From NCBI GenBank assembly GCA_964634105.1, contig CAZWIU010000009.1, positions 263 through 64,262 on the forward strand: a stretch of DNA of 64,000 nt. Reading direction: 5' to 3'. Made by a program: the position numbers and the translations under genes. Every line of letters starts with the position of its first letter. Position 1 is the first letter of the stretch. This document shows positions 8,820 to 18,072 of the stretch, piece by piece. The notes under the pieces were generated by a model that was not told where the DNA came from, searched no databases, and was given only the letters and a program-made list of their open reading frames with translations. Source of the DNA: an uncultured Bacteroidales bacterium. Lineage in GTDB: Bacteria; Bacteroidota; Bacteroidia; Bacteroidales; UBA10428.

Positions 8820-10355
8820 CTATTGCCTCACTACAGACACACTGCCTGTTAATACTGACTTTTTCCCGGTTTCGTCCTTATACTCCAGCTGATAACGGTA
8901 TACACCCTCGGGAACTGTTACTCCGTTTTCATATTTTCCATCCCAGCGGGGACTGTATGGATCTTTCGATTCAAATACCTTTGTCCCTGCACGATTGAAT
9001 ATCTTAAAATCGAAATACGATGGAATAAAATCCATGGCAGGGCCGAAAGTGGCAAAACCATCGAGTCCGGGCACAAACGCATTATATTCAAAACGGATAT
9101 TCATAGGCAGTATGATACAATATGAATTGGAGGAGCTCGATGCAAGTGTTTCGGAATGAACATCCCCCGGATTTTCGTGAGCAGTGATCCTGTAACACAC
9201 TTCACTGCTGATTTGCTGACCGGCCATATCGGTCAATGAATTATCCGTAAACTCTGTTGATTGTGTTTGTCCAATCAACTCAAAGGGTTCGTCTGATAGA
9301 CTTCTTTCAATATCATATTGTGATACCCCGGCACTCCACTCATAGTATGGAGTCCAGTCGAGATTCACGGCATTGCCAGCCATCCGGGCTGTGAGACATA
9401 TTGTTCCGGCAATATTTTCAGAACCAACAATCATTTCATGGCAGTAATTGACAGCTTTAAGTATGTAATAATATGGTCCTGCTGAAGCATCTGCAAGCTC
9501 ATCCGAATATTCAATATAGTCCCCTGAGGTATAGAACGAATCTCTTTTAACATACTCGCCGGTAGGGTCTTCCGACCGGAATAGTACATACCTGGTAAGC
9601 TCTGAGAGTGAGTCGATAGTAAAGTGAACAAAAGGATGATTGCCCTCGGCCACAGTTCCATAGTCGGCATGAATATATTCGGGATAATAAGCATGAATAG
9701 TTGAAAACCGGACTCCGTTCGAAGTTACAGTATCGGCAGGAGTTGAGCTGTTCTTTCGGGAAAGAATATAAAACATATATTGATTATTTGCCTGTAATCC
9801 GGTTATAACGGTGCTTGTAACATTTCCCGGCAAGGTAGAAACAAAAGTATAATTTCCATTGCTATTCGATCCATGCACTTCGTATTCAAGCGTATTCCCG
9901 CGCCAGGCATTATAATCATTCCATTGGAGCGATAAACTGGCTAAACAGGAATCATATTCAGCCGTCAGGCAGATTGTACTATCAGGAGGGTAAGACTGAT
10001 TTATAGGTTCATCTTCATTGTTGTATGCTCCTACTGTGAATCCAACCGGAGTGCCGGTTACCTCACCAATGTAATCCGTCCAATGGTATTCCGGCGCTCC
10101 GCTATGAGGTGTACTGCTCGATTCGATGGGCACACCCGATGGGACGGGATTATTCCCGGTAAACATCCAGCGGCTGATCTTGTAATGCGTAACATCGGGA
10201 TGGTCTGTCCCAGTGTAATAAATATGTACGTTATTTGTTTCGGGATCGACTAAAAGACGCACAATTTCAGGATTGTTATAGGGCTGTCCTTCTATATACC
10301 CGATCGGTAGAAGAAAACCAACGATTACAGGGATAATGCGAAATTTTCTATTCAC
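8820..10355 (-). CDS. Secreted FN3-repeat protein with T9SS type-B (gliding-motility-associated) C-terminal sorting domain
   Basis: 511 aa with a GTG start and an N-terminal signal-like segment. FN3-like repeats are visible (LQWNDYNAW...; NLDWTPYYEW...). The C-terminus KIFNRAGTKVFES...RWDGKYENGVTVPEGVYRYQLEY...SVSVVRQ resembles the type-B CTD. Confidence 0.75.
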   Translation of the reverse strand: MNRKFRIIPVIVGFLLPIGYIEGQPYNNPEIVRLLVDPETNNVHIYYTGTDHPDVTHYKISRWMFTGNNPVPSGVPIESSSTPHSGAPEYHWTDYIGEVTGTPVGFTVGAYNNEDEPINQSYPPDSTICLTAEYDSCLASLSLQWNDYNAWRGNTLEYEVHGSNSNGNYTFVSTLPGNVTSTVITGLQANNQYMFYILSRKNSSTPADTVTSNGVRFSTIHAYYPEYIHADYGTVAEGNHPFVHFTIDSLSELTRYVLFRSEDPTGEYVKRDSFYTSGDYIEYSDELADASAGPYYYILKAVNYCHEMIVGSENIAGTICLTARMAGNAVNLDWTPYYEWSAGVSQYDIERSLSDEPFELIGQTQSTEFTDNSLTDMAGQQISSEVCYRITAHENPGDVHSETLASSSSNSYCIILPMNIRFEYNAFVPGLDGFATFGPAMDFIPSYFDFKIFNRAGTKVFESKDPYSPRWDGKYENGVTVPEGVYRYQLEYKDETGKKSVLTGSVSVVRQ

Positions 10356-11298
10356 TTTTAATAATTCTGTTTTTTGCTTGTTTGTAAGTAGTAATGATAT
10401 CCTCTATAATTTCAGCAGCCGATTGATTTTTATTGATGAGCGAAGCCACCTGACCGATCTCGAGTTCCCCCTCTTCCAGGTCGCCTTCGAATATTCCTTT
10501 CCGGCTTCTGCCTTCGCCCAGGATATGGAGCAATTCGCTGCGTGATGCCCCGGATTCTTCAGCATCTGTAATCCTGTTAAAGAAAGTATTCCTGATCATC
10601 CTTACAGGAATTAACTTTTTTAAGATTAAACGTGTGTCGCCTTCATTTATTTCAAATATCTTGTTTTTAAAATTCTCATGGGCCGATGATTCCTTGCAGG
10701 CAGCAAAGCGGCTGCCGATTTGTATAGCATCGGCTCCGAGGGCCATTGCAGCAACCAGTGATTCTCCGCCAAACATACCCCCTGCGGCAATAAGAGGAAT
10801 ATCTGTTACGCAGCGTACCGAAGGAATCAACACGAATGAGGTTGTTTCTTCCCGACCATTATGCCCGCCAGCTTCAAAACCTTCAGCCACAATTGCATCG
10901 ACTCCTGCTTCAACAGCTTTGGTGGCGTATAATGTACTTGAGACCACATGGGTAACAGCGCAACCGTTTTTTTTAAGAAGGGACGTCCATTTCTGAGGAT
11001 GCCCTGCCGAGGTAAACACGATATGAATACCATGTTTTAAAACGAGATTTATCTTTTTGTCAATATCGGGACCCATAAGCGGGATATTCACTCCGAAAGG
11101 TTTATTCGTATTCTTTGCTGCTTTCAATAAGTGCTCATCAAGTATTTCAGGGCTCATACTTCCGGCGCCAATTAACCCAAGTCCTCCTGCATTGCTCACG
11201 GCAGCAGCAAGTTTCCAACCGCTGCACCATATCATACCGGCCTGTATTACCGGATATTCAATATTGAACAGCTTGCATATTCGATTATTCCGGAACAT
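10348..11298 (-). CDS. NAD(P)H-dependent flavin oxidoreductase (nitronate monooxygenase / FabK-like family)
   Basis: 316 aa. TIM-barrel FMN motifs PVIQAGM, GVDAIVAEGFEAGGH and AAGGMFGG...GADAIQIGSRF. Confidence 0.85.
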   Translation of the reverse strand: MFRNNRICKLFNIEYPVIQAGMIWCSGWKLAAAVSNAGGLGLIGAGSMSPEILDEHLLKAAKNTNKPFGVNIPLMGPDIDKKINLVLKHGIHIVFTSAGHPQKWTSLLKKNGCAVTHVVSSTLYATKAVEAGVDAIVAEGFEAGGHNGREETTSFVLIPSVRCVTDIPLIAAGGMFGGESLVAAMALGADAIQIGSRFAACKESSAHENFKNKIFEINEGDTRLILKKLIPVRMIRNTFFNRITDAEESGASRSELLHILGEGRSRKGIFEGDLEEGELEIGQVASLINKNQSAAEIIEDIITTYKQAKNRIIKSE

Positions 11299-11522
11299 AG
11301 GATGATGTTTATATAAATATAAAGATAGGCATTCAGTCCGTGCATATTGCAGGCGATTATTAAAAGTTGATTATTTTTTCAGATTAACCCCGGTAGTTTA
11401 CAGATCAACCCTAAATTTGCACAATCTGTTAATAAGGGCAAATTATTAATACATGAAGAAAAAAATCGTGGCTTGTGTTTTAGTTTTAACTAAAAACCGG
11501 CAATGATCAAATTAGTTAGAAT

Positions 11523-13298
11523 ATGAAGAGAAGCCAGATATTGGAACGAATACTCCGTTGGAAAGAATCGCATATAACCCCCCGGAACTTTATTTATCTG
11601 TTAAGTTTTATAATTGGTATTTTAAGTGGCCTGGCAGCCGTATTTTTAAAGAATGTTGCTGTATTCACACAATATCTCATACTCAATAATTTTCCAAAAG
11701 ACAAAATAAATTACCTGTATTTGTTTTTACCGCTGGTAGGAATAACCCTTACAGTGATCTTTGTACGATACGTTGTGAAGGATGATATCAGCCATGGCAT
11801 TAGCAAGGTTTTGCATGCCATTTCGCGGCAACGGGGGATGCTGAAACCTCATAATAATTACTCTTCGGTTGTTGCCAGTATCCTTACGGTGGGTTTTGGA
11901 GGTTCTGTCGGACTTGAGGCTCCTATCGTATTAACAGGCTCATCGCTAGCCTCGAGCCTTGGCCGGATATTCCGTGTTAATTACAAGACATCCATCATTT
12001 TGCTTGGATGTGGCGCTGCCGGTGCTATTTCAGGGATTTTTAAAGCCCCGATAGCAGCCGTGATTTTTGCACTGGAGGTGCTTATGCTTGATCTTACACT
12101 GTGGTCAATAATACCTTTATTAATAAGTGCTGTTACGGCATTAACGATCTCTTACTTTTTCCTGGGTAAAGCTGAAATCTTTTCCTTTAATATGACAGGG
12201 ACATTTGTGTTAACAAGGATACCCTTATATATTATATTGGGAATATTTTGCGGATTGGTAGCTTTCTATTTTACAAAAGGTACATTGTTTATCGAATCGT
12301 TATTCGAAAGGATTAAAAAGCCATTTGTCAGGTCCGTTACCGGTGGGCTTATCCTCGGTATATTAATTTTACTGCTTCCTCCGCTATTTGGTGAAGGCTA
12401 CAAAACCCTCGATGCTCTTCTTAGCGGAAATCCGGCCGAAATAACTTACGGAAGCCTGTTTTACGGATTGCAGGATAATATCTGGATGTTTGGCCTTTTC
12501 CTCTTGTTAATATTGATTTTTAAAGTGGCTGCAACATCGATCACTAATGGCGCCGGTGGGATCGGAGGAATTTTTGCCCCAACGTTATTTATGGGTGGTA
12601 TTTCAGGGTATTTTATCGCCAGAGTGATTAACAGTACGGGAATTGCTGATGTTTCGGAACGGAATTTTTCCCTGGTCGGAATGGCCGGTATGATGGCTTC
12701 TGTAATGCATGCACCACTCACGGCAATATTCCTTATTGCCGAAATTACCGGCGGATATGGGTTGTTGCTTCCTCTGATCTTAACATCAACTATTGCCTAT
12801 ATCACTGTAATCTATTTTGAGCCGCATTCTATTTATACTATTCGTTTAGCCCAACGGGGTGAATTGATCACACATCATAAAGATAAAGCGGTACTTACCC
12901 TGATTGACCTGCTCAAGGTGGTCGAAAACGATTTTGTAACGCTCTCTGCCCATGATAAACTGGGCGACCTGGTAAATGCCATAGCCCGGTCAAAAAGGAA
13001 TTTTTTCCCGGTGCTGAAGGATGATATGCTTATTGGTATTGTGCTGCTGGATGATATCAGGCACATCATGTTCAATACCGATATGTATAATACAGTGTAT
13101 GTACGCGACCTGATGATGCTGCCGCCAACTCATATATCGCCGGGAGAGCCCATGGACGAGGTAATGAAAAAGTTTGATGAAACAGGAAGCTGGAATCTTC
13201 CTGTAATAAAAAACGGAAAGTATATCGGTTTTATATCAAAATCGAAATTATTCTCGGTATATCGGAAATTATTAATCGATATTTCAGCGGAGGAATAG
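11523..13298 (+). CDS. ClC-family voltage-gated chloride channel with C-terminal CBS pair
   Basis: 591 aa and multi-pass. ClC selectivity motifs GGSVGLEAP and GGIFAPTLF. The C-terminal 150 aa look like a CBS pair (FFPVLKDDMLIGIV..., NLPVIKNGKYIGFIS). Confidence 0.9.
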   Translation: MKRSQILERILRWKESHITPRNFIYLLSFIIGILSGLAAVFLKNVAVFTQYLILNNFPKDKINYLYLFLPLVGITLTVIFVRYVVKDDISHGISKVLHAISRQRGMLKPHNNYSSVVASILTVGFGGSVGLEAPIVLTGSSLASSLGRIFRVNYKTSIILLGCGAAGAISGIFKAPIAAVIFALEVLMLDLTLWSIIPLLISAVTALTISYFFLGKAEIFSFNMTGTFVLTRIPLYIILGIFCGLVAFYFTKGTLFIESLFERIKKPFVRSVTGGLILGILILLLPPLFGEGYKTLDALLSGNPAEITYGSLFYGLQDNIWMFGLFLLLILIFKVAATSITNGAGGIGGIFAPTLFMGGISGYFIARVINSTGIADVSERNFSLVGMAGMMASVMHAPLTAIFLIAEITGGYGLLLPLILTSTIAYITVIYFEPHSIYTIRLAQRGELITHHKDKAVLTLIDLLKVVENDFVTLSAHDKLGDLVNAIARSKRNFFPVLKDDMLIGIVLLDDIRHIMFNTDMYNTVYVRDLMMLPPTHISPGEPMDEVMKKFDETGSWNLPVIKNGKYIGFISKSKLFSVYRKLLIDISAEE

Positions 13299-13347
13299 TG
13301 ATAACAGCCAGAAAGAAACAGAAGCGCAGCCCCGTTTATCATCAGCA

Positions 13348-13674
13348 TTAAAAGCCGGTTATCCCGGCTATTGTTCCCAGAATTGCTGATATACCTATTA
13401 CCCATAAGAAAAAAACCAGGACCGACGCACTGCCGATAACAATGCCGATGATGCACAAAATGCGGCCTGCATTCAAGCTGCCATAACCGACGTATGCGTC
13501 CGGATCTTTATCGTACATATTTTTTGCGTCTTTTGAAATGGCAAGGCCGATTATTCCCAATACCAGGCCCAGCATACCACATCCTAATACCAATGATAGA
13601 ATTCCTAGCACAAGTGTCGGACCTGAATTCGGTAGCATCTTTTTCTGTGTTGGCTGGGGATTAATTACTTCCAT
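13348..13674 (-). CDS. Small membrane protein (DUF4190 / CCC-motif-membrane-protein-like)
   Basis: 108 aa. Two hydrophobic hairpins (LVLGILSLVLGCGMLGLVLGIIGLAIS and ILCIIGIVIGSASVLVFF) flank KDAKNMYDKDPDAY. Family assignment is from memory of Bacteroidota annotations. Confidence 0.55.
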   Translation of the reverse strand: MEVINPQPTQKKMLPNSGPTLVLGILSLVLGCGMLGLVLGIIGLAISKDAKNMYDKDPDAYVGYGSLNAGRILCIIGIVIGSASVLVFFLWVIGISAILGTIAGITGF

Positions 13675-13778
13675 TGTCTGCTGTTTTATGTATAGTATAC
13701 TTCTGTAAAAGCCACAAACCCGCTTAACAGCAGGTTTATGGCATAGGTTTATTGGTTGATATAAAATTTCATGTTGAA

Positions 13779-14360
13779 TTATTTACCGGAAAATGGAGGA
13801 TATTTATCCGTCATAAATCCCATATAAATCTGCACTCTTGTACCCCAACGGATAGTACCGGTGACAAATGAATGAAATGAAGCTGGATATTTTCCCGTGA
13901 AAAGCACGGCCCAGAATGCAAGAAATATAAGTACTCCTGCAGCTATTCCTCGGAAGAACAGAATAAATCCATGCGGAATAAGCACATAGATGTAACCAAA
14001 TAAAATCCTGACAATAAGCAGCAGCCTGCTTAGTTTATCAGGGTTAGGGATATCGATTTCTGTGTTGGCATCCTGGGCTTTAAGGCCAAAAGCGGGATAC
14101 CCGTCGGAAAGATTCATAAGCCGGGCATTCACACGCAGATTCCAACGCAGCATACCGAGATGAAAATTGAAAATGTTCTGTGGGTAACGTCCCATTATCA
14201 GTACTGCAAAAAAAGCAACGATTTTAAGGATCATCGCCCAGATACTAACAAAGAAAAGCAGAAAACCATGAGGAATTCCGATGTAGAGCCAGCCGAAAAA
14301 CAACCGAAGTAGTAGATCGAGCCTTGAATAGCTGTCCTGGTGTTTAATTTCTAATTTCAT
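13779..14360 (-). CDS. Tandem DUF4389-domain membrane protein
   Basis: 193 aa containing two copies of a roughly 85-aa module (IGIPHGFLLFF...VLIMGRYPQNIFNFHLGMLRWNLRV...DGYPAFG and VLIPHGFILFF...VLFTGKYPASFHSFVTGTIRWGTRV...DKYPPFSG). The GRYP...RW..RV...YPPF pattern is the DUF4389 signature. Confidence 0.7.
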   Translation of the reverse strand: MKLEIKHQDSYSRLDLLLRLFFGWLYIGIPHGFLLFFVSIWAMILKIVAFFAVLIMGRYPQNIFNFHLGMLRWNLRVNARLMNLSDGYPAFGLKAQDANTEIDIPNPDKLSRLLLIVRILFGYIYVLIPHGFILFFRGIAAGVLIFLAFWAVLFTGKYPASFHSFVTGTIRWGTRVQIYMGFMTDKYPPFSGK

Positions 14361-14393
14361 GTTTAAAAAGATGTTAGGTTGATAGATGAGAAA

Positions 14394-14888
14394 TTATTTC
14401 ATAGAATTAAAATTTAATGCATAAAGGGTAATAAACAAGGTTGCAGTCATGAATAGCGGTATACTCATCAAAAGAGCAAATAAGTTGTAACCAATGACGA
14501 GGCTTGGTATAATAATCTGTATTACTTTGGCAGCCGTAAAAAGATAAAAACCTGTTTTTTTCAGATTCCACATCATAAAAACACCAGCAAGCGCAACTAT
14601 TGAACACAACAGGAAGAGTGCAGCCAGTAGCGGCAGTCGTTCTATTGCTTTCATTACAGCATTGAGCATGCTTTCTACGAAAGCAACCGATGCAGGGTTA
14701 TCCATTCTTGCCTGCTCAATACCAAATGCTACTTCCTCCTCTGCCATTTTATAAAAGGGAGCGCCTACAGTACTCAAGGTAAGAGCCGAAATGCTATTGA
14801 CAAGGCTTATCCCAAGGCCGACAAAACTAATAATACAAATGATGGTCAGAAAAAGAGGACGGTGTTGAACTGAAGTATTGTTATCCAT
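14394..14888 (-). CDS. Hypothetical 4-TM membrane protein
   Basis: 164-aa ORF with about four hydrophobic segments. It is on the same strand as, and 33 nt upstream of, the DUF4389 gene. No recognisable motif. Confidence 0.5.
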   Translation of the reverse strand: MDNNTSVQHRPLFLTIICIISFVGLGISLVNSISALTLSTVGAPFYKMAEEEVAFGIEQARMDNPASVAFVESMLNAVMKAIERLPLLAALFLLCSIVALAGVFMMWNLKKTGFYLFTAAKVIQIIIPSLVIGYNLFALLMSIPLFMTATLFITLYALNFNSMK

Positions 14889-15054
14889 GATTTAAAAGTT
14901 TGGTTGGAATGTATGAAAGTTAGAAAAAAAAATGATAATTCCGAACATTAATTATTTACCTGAAATATAGAGATATACGTAATATTAAATAGACTTTATT
15001 AACATATGTTTAGTAAATAGACAATGTTTTAAATGATATTGAACCGATGTTTAA

Positions 15055-15085
15055 TTTGATAGATTTGCGATAAAAAGTAATTTTG
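15055..15085 (+). promoter_or_regulatory. Candidate Bacteroidota sigma-A promoter for glyA
   Basis: A perfect TAnnTTTG -7 element (TAATTTTG, 15078..15085) lies 33 nt upstream of the ATG. A TTTG -33-like element at 15055..15058 lies 19 nt upstream of it. Confidence 0.35.
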
Positions 15086-15117
15086 TTCAACCTGAAAAAT
15101 TTAATCTATTTAACAGA

Positions 15118-16398
15118 ATGAATCGAGATACAGCAATTTTTGACCTTATCAAGAAGGAAAATGAGCGTCAGTTACATGGTATTGAATTGATAGCTTCCGA
15201 AAACTTTGTTAGCGACCAGGTGTTGCAGGCCATGGGGTCATGCCTTACCAATAAATATGCCGAAGGACTTCCTGGAAAGAGGTACTATGGAGGTTGCCAG
15301 GTTGTGGATGAAGTTGAGACCCTGGCTATCGAAAGAGTTAAAAAACTATTCGGTGCCTGCTGGGCAAACGTTCAACCGCATTCAGGGGCCCAGGCTAATG
15401 CTTCTGTGATGCTTGCTGTTCTTGATCCGGGTGATACCTTCCTGGGGCTTGACTTATCGCATGGTGGCCACCTTACTCACGGATCGCCTGTTAATTATTC
15501 CGGACTTTTATATAAACCTGTTGCATATAAACTCAATGAAAAGAATGGACGGGTCGATTATGATATGATGGAAGCCCTTGCAAAGAAAGAAAAACCCAGG
15601 ATGATTGTCGCCGGTGCCTCAGCCTATTCGCGCGACTGGGACTATGCCCGCATGCGTGCGATTGCCGATAGTGTTGGTGCCGTCCTGATGGCTGACATTG
15701 CACATCCTGCAGGCCTCATAGCTACCAAACTCCTGAATAATCCTTTTCCTCATTGTCATATCGTTACCACAACCACTCATAAAACATTAAGGGGTCCGCG
15801 CGGGGGGTTGATCATGGTGGCAGAAGATTTTGAAAACTGGTGGGGCAGGAAAACCCCAAAGGGTGAAACCAGAACTATAACCCAATTGCTTGATGCAGCT
15901 GTATTTCCCGGAATACAAGGTGGACCGCTGGAACATGTAATAGCTGGTAAAGCCGTCGCTTTTGGCGAAGCTCTTACCGATAGTTATAAAGAATATATGA
16001 AGCAGGTAAAACTAAACGCCTCCAAAATGGCTGAGCGTTTTATAAACAAAGGATACCATGTTGTTTCAGACGGAACCGATAACCATTCTATGCTTATTGA
16101 CCTGCGAACAAAAGTTCCGGATGTTACCGGCAAACAGGTTGAAAATACGCTTGTTCTTGCCGATATTACGGTGAATAAAAATATGGTTCCTTTCGATAGT
16201 CGTTCTCCTTTCCAGACTTCAGGCATCAGGGTTGGTACTCCTGCTATTACAACGCGAGGCGTAAAGGAAGATGTGATTGTGCAGATTGTCGATCTGATGG
16301 ACGAGGTGATCACCCAAATCGAAAACCAATCGGTTATCGCCAAAGTCAGGAAGCAGGTTAACGAGATGATGAAGAGCTATCCGCTTTTTGCCTATTAA
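15118..16398 (+). CDS. glyA: Serine hydroxymethyltransferase
   Basis: 426 aa. Canonical SHMT strings [14 protein letters not shown] and GGHLTHG, plus the PLP-lysine region [14 protein letters not shown]. Confidence 0.97.
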   Translation: MNRDTAIFDLIKKENERQLHGIELIASENFVSDQVLQAMGSCLTNKYAEGLPGKRYYGGCQVVDEVETLAIERVKKLFGACWANVQPHSGAQANASVMLAVLDPGDTFLGLDLSHGGHLTHGSPVNYSGLLYKPVAYKLNEKNGRVDYDMMEALAKKEKPRMIVAGASAYSRDWDYARMRAIADSVGAVLMADIAHPAGLIATKLLNNPFPHCHIVTTTTHKTLRGPRGGLIMVAEDFENWWGRKTPKGETRTITQLLDAAVFPGIQGGPLEHVIAGKAVAFGEALTDSYKEYMKQVKLNASKMAERFINKGYHVVSDGTDNHSMLIDLRTKVPDVTGKQVENTLVLADITVNKNMVPFDSRSPFQTSGIRVGTPAITTRGVKEDVIVQIVDLMDEVITQIENQSVIAKVRKQVNEMMKSYPLFAY

Positions 16399-16440
16399 CA
16401 TTAAATGAATGTCCGTTTTGATACCTAATTACCAGGAATA

Positions 16441-16743
16441 CACACCCCTAAATCTCCTCTCAGGAGGGGACTTACTACCCGCAAATCCTTCCCCCTCTTG
16501 AAGAGGGTAATTGCATAGATAAAGGCAGGGAATCGATATAATTCCTCTTTTTTTACTCACCCCACCTTGTATTTTGATAATGCCGGGTTTGTTTAACCCC
16601 TCTCTCGTGACCTTGCTCCGCCATAGCGGCTTCGCGAAGGCGAGGAAGAGGGGTGCGAAGCGGGGTGAGTATAGATGTGCTTTTATACTTCTGCCACTTT
16701 CCAGGCAATTACCCTTGAAGAGGGGGACAAAAGGCGTGTGTTG
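16441..16743. repeat. Composite GC-rich nested palindromic (REP-like) element
   Basis: Left-arm blocks CCTTCCCCCTCTTGAAGAGGGTAATTGC (16487..16515) and TACTCACCCC (16554..16563) are mirrored by GGGGTGAGTA (16662..16671) and GCAATTACCCTTGAAGAGGGGGACAAAAGG (16705..16734). The centre has CCCCTCT / AGAGGGG (16597..16603 and 16647..16653). Confidence 0.6.
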
Positions 16744-17001
16744 TTTTATTAATTACAGATTGTTTCATGGCACCATTGCGGATAATCATATAACATTATT
16801 TGTGCACAACATACAGCAAGTTTCTGAAGGTTGATCTTCAGGGCTAATATTCCTTGCTTCCTGTCCGCCGCTTCGGTTTCGTGTCGCTTCGCCGGAACGC
16901 CCACGTATAGGCGATGCAGGTGGAGACATGTAATGCAGGTCTGTTGATACCAAATTCGCTGCCTGCCGTCTGGCAGTTCGATCGAAAAGCGAAACTTGGG
17001 T

Positions 17002-18060
17002 TTAATCAACAGTGAAATGATGGATCAGGTAGTTAAATCCTGTCGGGGCATTGGTGCTCTCGATATACTCTTCCGACAGGCACCAGAACGATCCATTGCC
17101 GTCGGATGTTATACACCGCACCAGATCAAAAGGCAATTGATATGCAGAAATAAATTCACCGCTGCTGTTTAACTTATATAGCACAGCAGAAAACAGATCG
17201 GAATAAATGATATTTTCATCGCTGAAAACGAATGACGATATGTTATTGTACAATGCTGGAATATTGTCGAGCATTGCACCAGCCTGATCAATTATGTATA
17301 CCTGGCGGTAATAATTATCAGCATAATAAATAGCTGAATTATGTATAGCCAGGGCATCGACAAATGAAGTGGAAACTAATCTTCCGTCTATCATAGTGCC
17401 AAGTGTATCGTATCGCAATATCCGGTAATTTCCAAAATCGCTGTCGTACTTATAGGTCCAGAAGTACTCGCCATCGAATGTAGAAACATTGCCCAGGAAA
17501 TTGCCCTGGATGGTCCGTTTTATTAATCCCTCCTTGTCGATTACCTGTATCCGGTCAGCTGAACGATCGGGTAACCATAAATTGTCATTGACATACAGAA
17601 GGCTTGAAAATAATGAAAAGCTGTTATTTATCCTGTATATTTCAGTAGTGTTCACTTCCTGTAAAGCGATCTTTCGGCCATCGAAAGTTCCGGCATACCC
17701 AAGCGAAACCTGGAATGTACCACTAACCAGCGAATCGTTTATGACATCGCCTTTGGCTGTAATTTCAACGCCACTGATTTCTATCATCGCCCGTGCTTCG
17801 CGTTCACGGATTTTACCCGAGAATTCAACGCCATGATTTTCCAGGCTGGGAAGGTCGAAACGAATATAAATATCCCCGTCAAAGTCGGTTTCATCCTGGT
17901 ATACAGGAGTAATGAATGTGCCGGCTGACCCCCCTTCAATTTGCCACCGTCCCAGCCAGACACCGTTAACCTCGCATCCTGCTTCTTTTTCTATATGTTT
18001 ACAGGACGAAGTTATAAGGCATACTACAAATAGTATTGAAATATTGAAAAACGTTTTCAT
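17002..18060 (-). CDS. Hypothetical lipoprotein
   Basis: 352 aa with a lipoprotein signal (LFVVCLITSSC). The C-terminal 220 aa or so are rich in repetitive aromatic beta-strand-like segments (possibly propeller-like). No family recognised. Confidence 0.55.
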   Translation of the reverse strand: MKTFFNISILFVVCLITSSCKHIEKEAGCEVNGVWLGRWQIEGGSAGTFITPVYQDETDFDGDIYIRFDLPSLENHGVEFSGKIREREARAMIEISGVEITAKGDVINDSLVSGTFQVSLGYAGTFDGRKIALQEVNTTEIYRINNSFSLFSSLLYVNDNLWLPDRSADRIQVIDKEGLIKRTIQGNFLGNVSTFDGEYFWTYKYDSDFGNYRILRYDTLGTMIDGRLVSTSFVDALAIHNSAIYYADNYYRQVYIIDQAGAMLDNIPALYNNISSFVFSDENIIYSDLFSAVLYKLNSSGEFISAYQLPFDLVRCITSDGNGSFWCLSEEYIESTNAPTGFNYLIHHFTVD

Positions 18061-18072
18061 TGAATATAGGTT

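Noticed and set aside
8735-8998. 87-aa plus-strand ORF spanning the RSH / T9SS-cargo intergenic region.
   Set aside because: It overlaps the 3' end of the well-supported minus-strand cargo gene and has no motif. It is most likely spurious.
10348-10355. The recurrence of the same 8-nt overlap string (G/A)TGAATAG at two gene junctions (10348..10355 and 23797..23804) as a possible signal.
   Set aside because: This is the ordinary 8-nt out-of-frame start/stop overlap that arises when an ATG or GTG start is followed by AAT AG. Two occurrences in 64 kb are compatible with chance.
14889-15117. A ZTP/THF-type riboswitch upstream of glyA, and a fluoride riboswitch upstream of the ClC gene (11299..11522, which also holds a 17-codon uORF MKKKIVACVLVLTKNRQ and a TAAATTTG -7-like motif at 11412..11419).
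   Set aside because: Both leaders are AT-rich and lack the conserved GC-rich cores of these riboswitch classes. The ClC protein carries CBS domains and canonical chloride-type motifs rather than the ClC-F type. The uORF is too short to evaluate.
16574-17009. ORFs 16574..16834 (+) and 16749..17009 (-) in the glyA-downstream region.
   Set aside because: They are translations of the GC-rich palindromic repeats (Arg/Gly/Pro/Leu-rich). They overlap each other and have no coding-like features.
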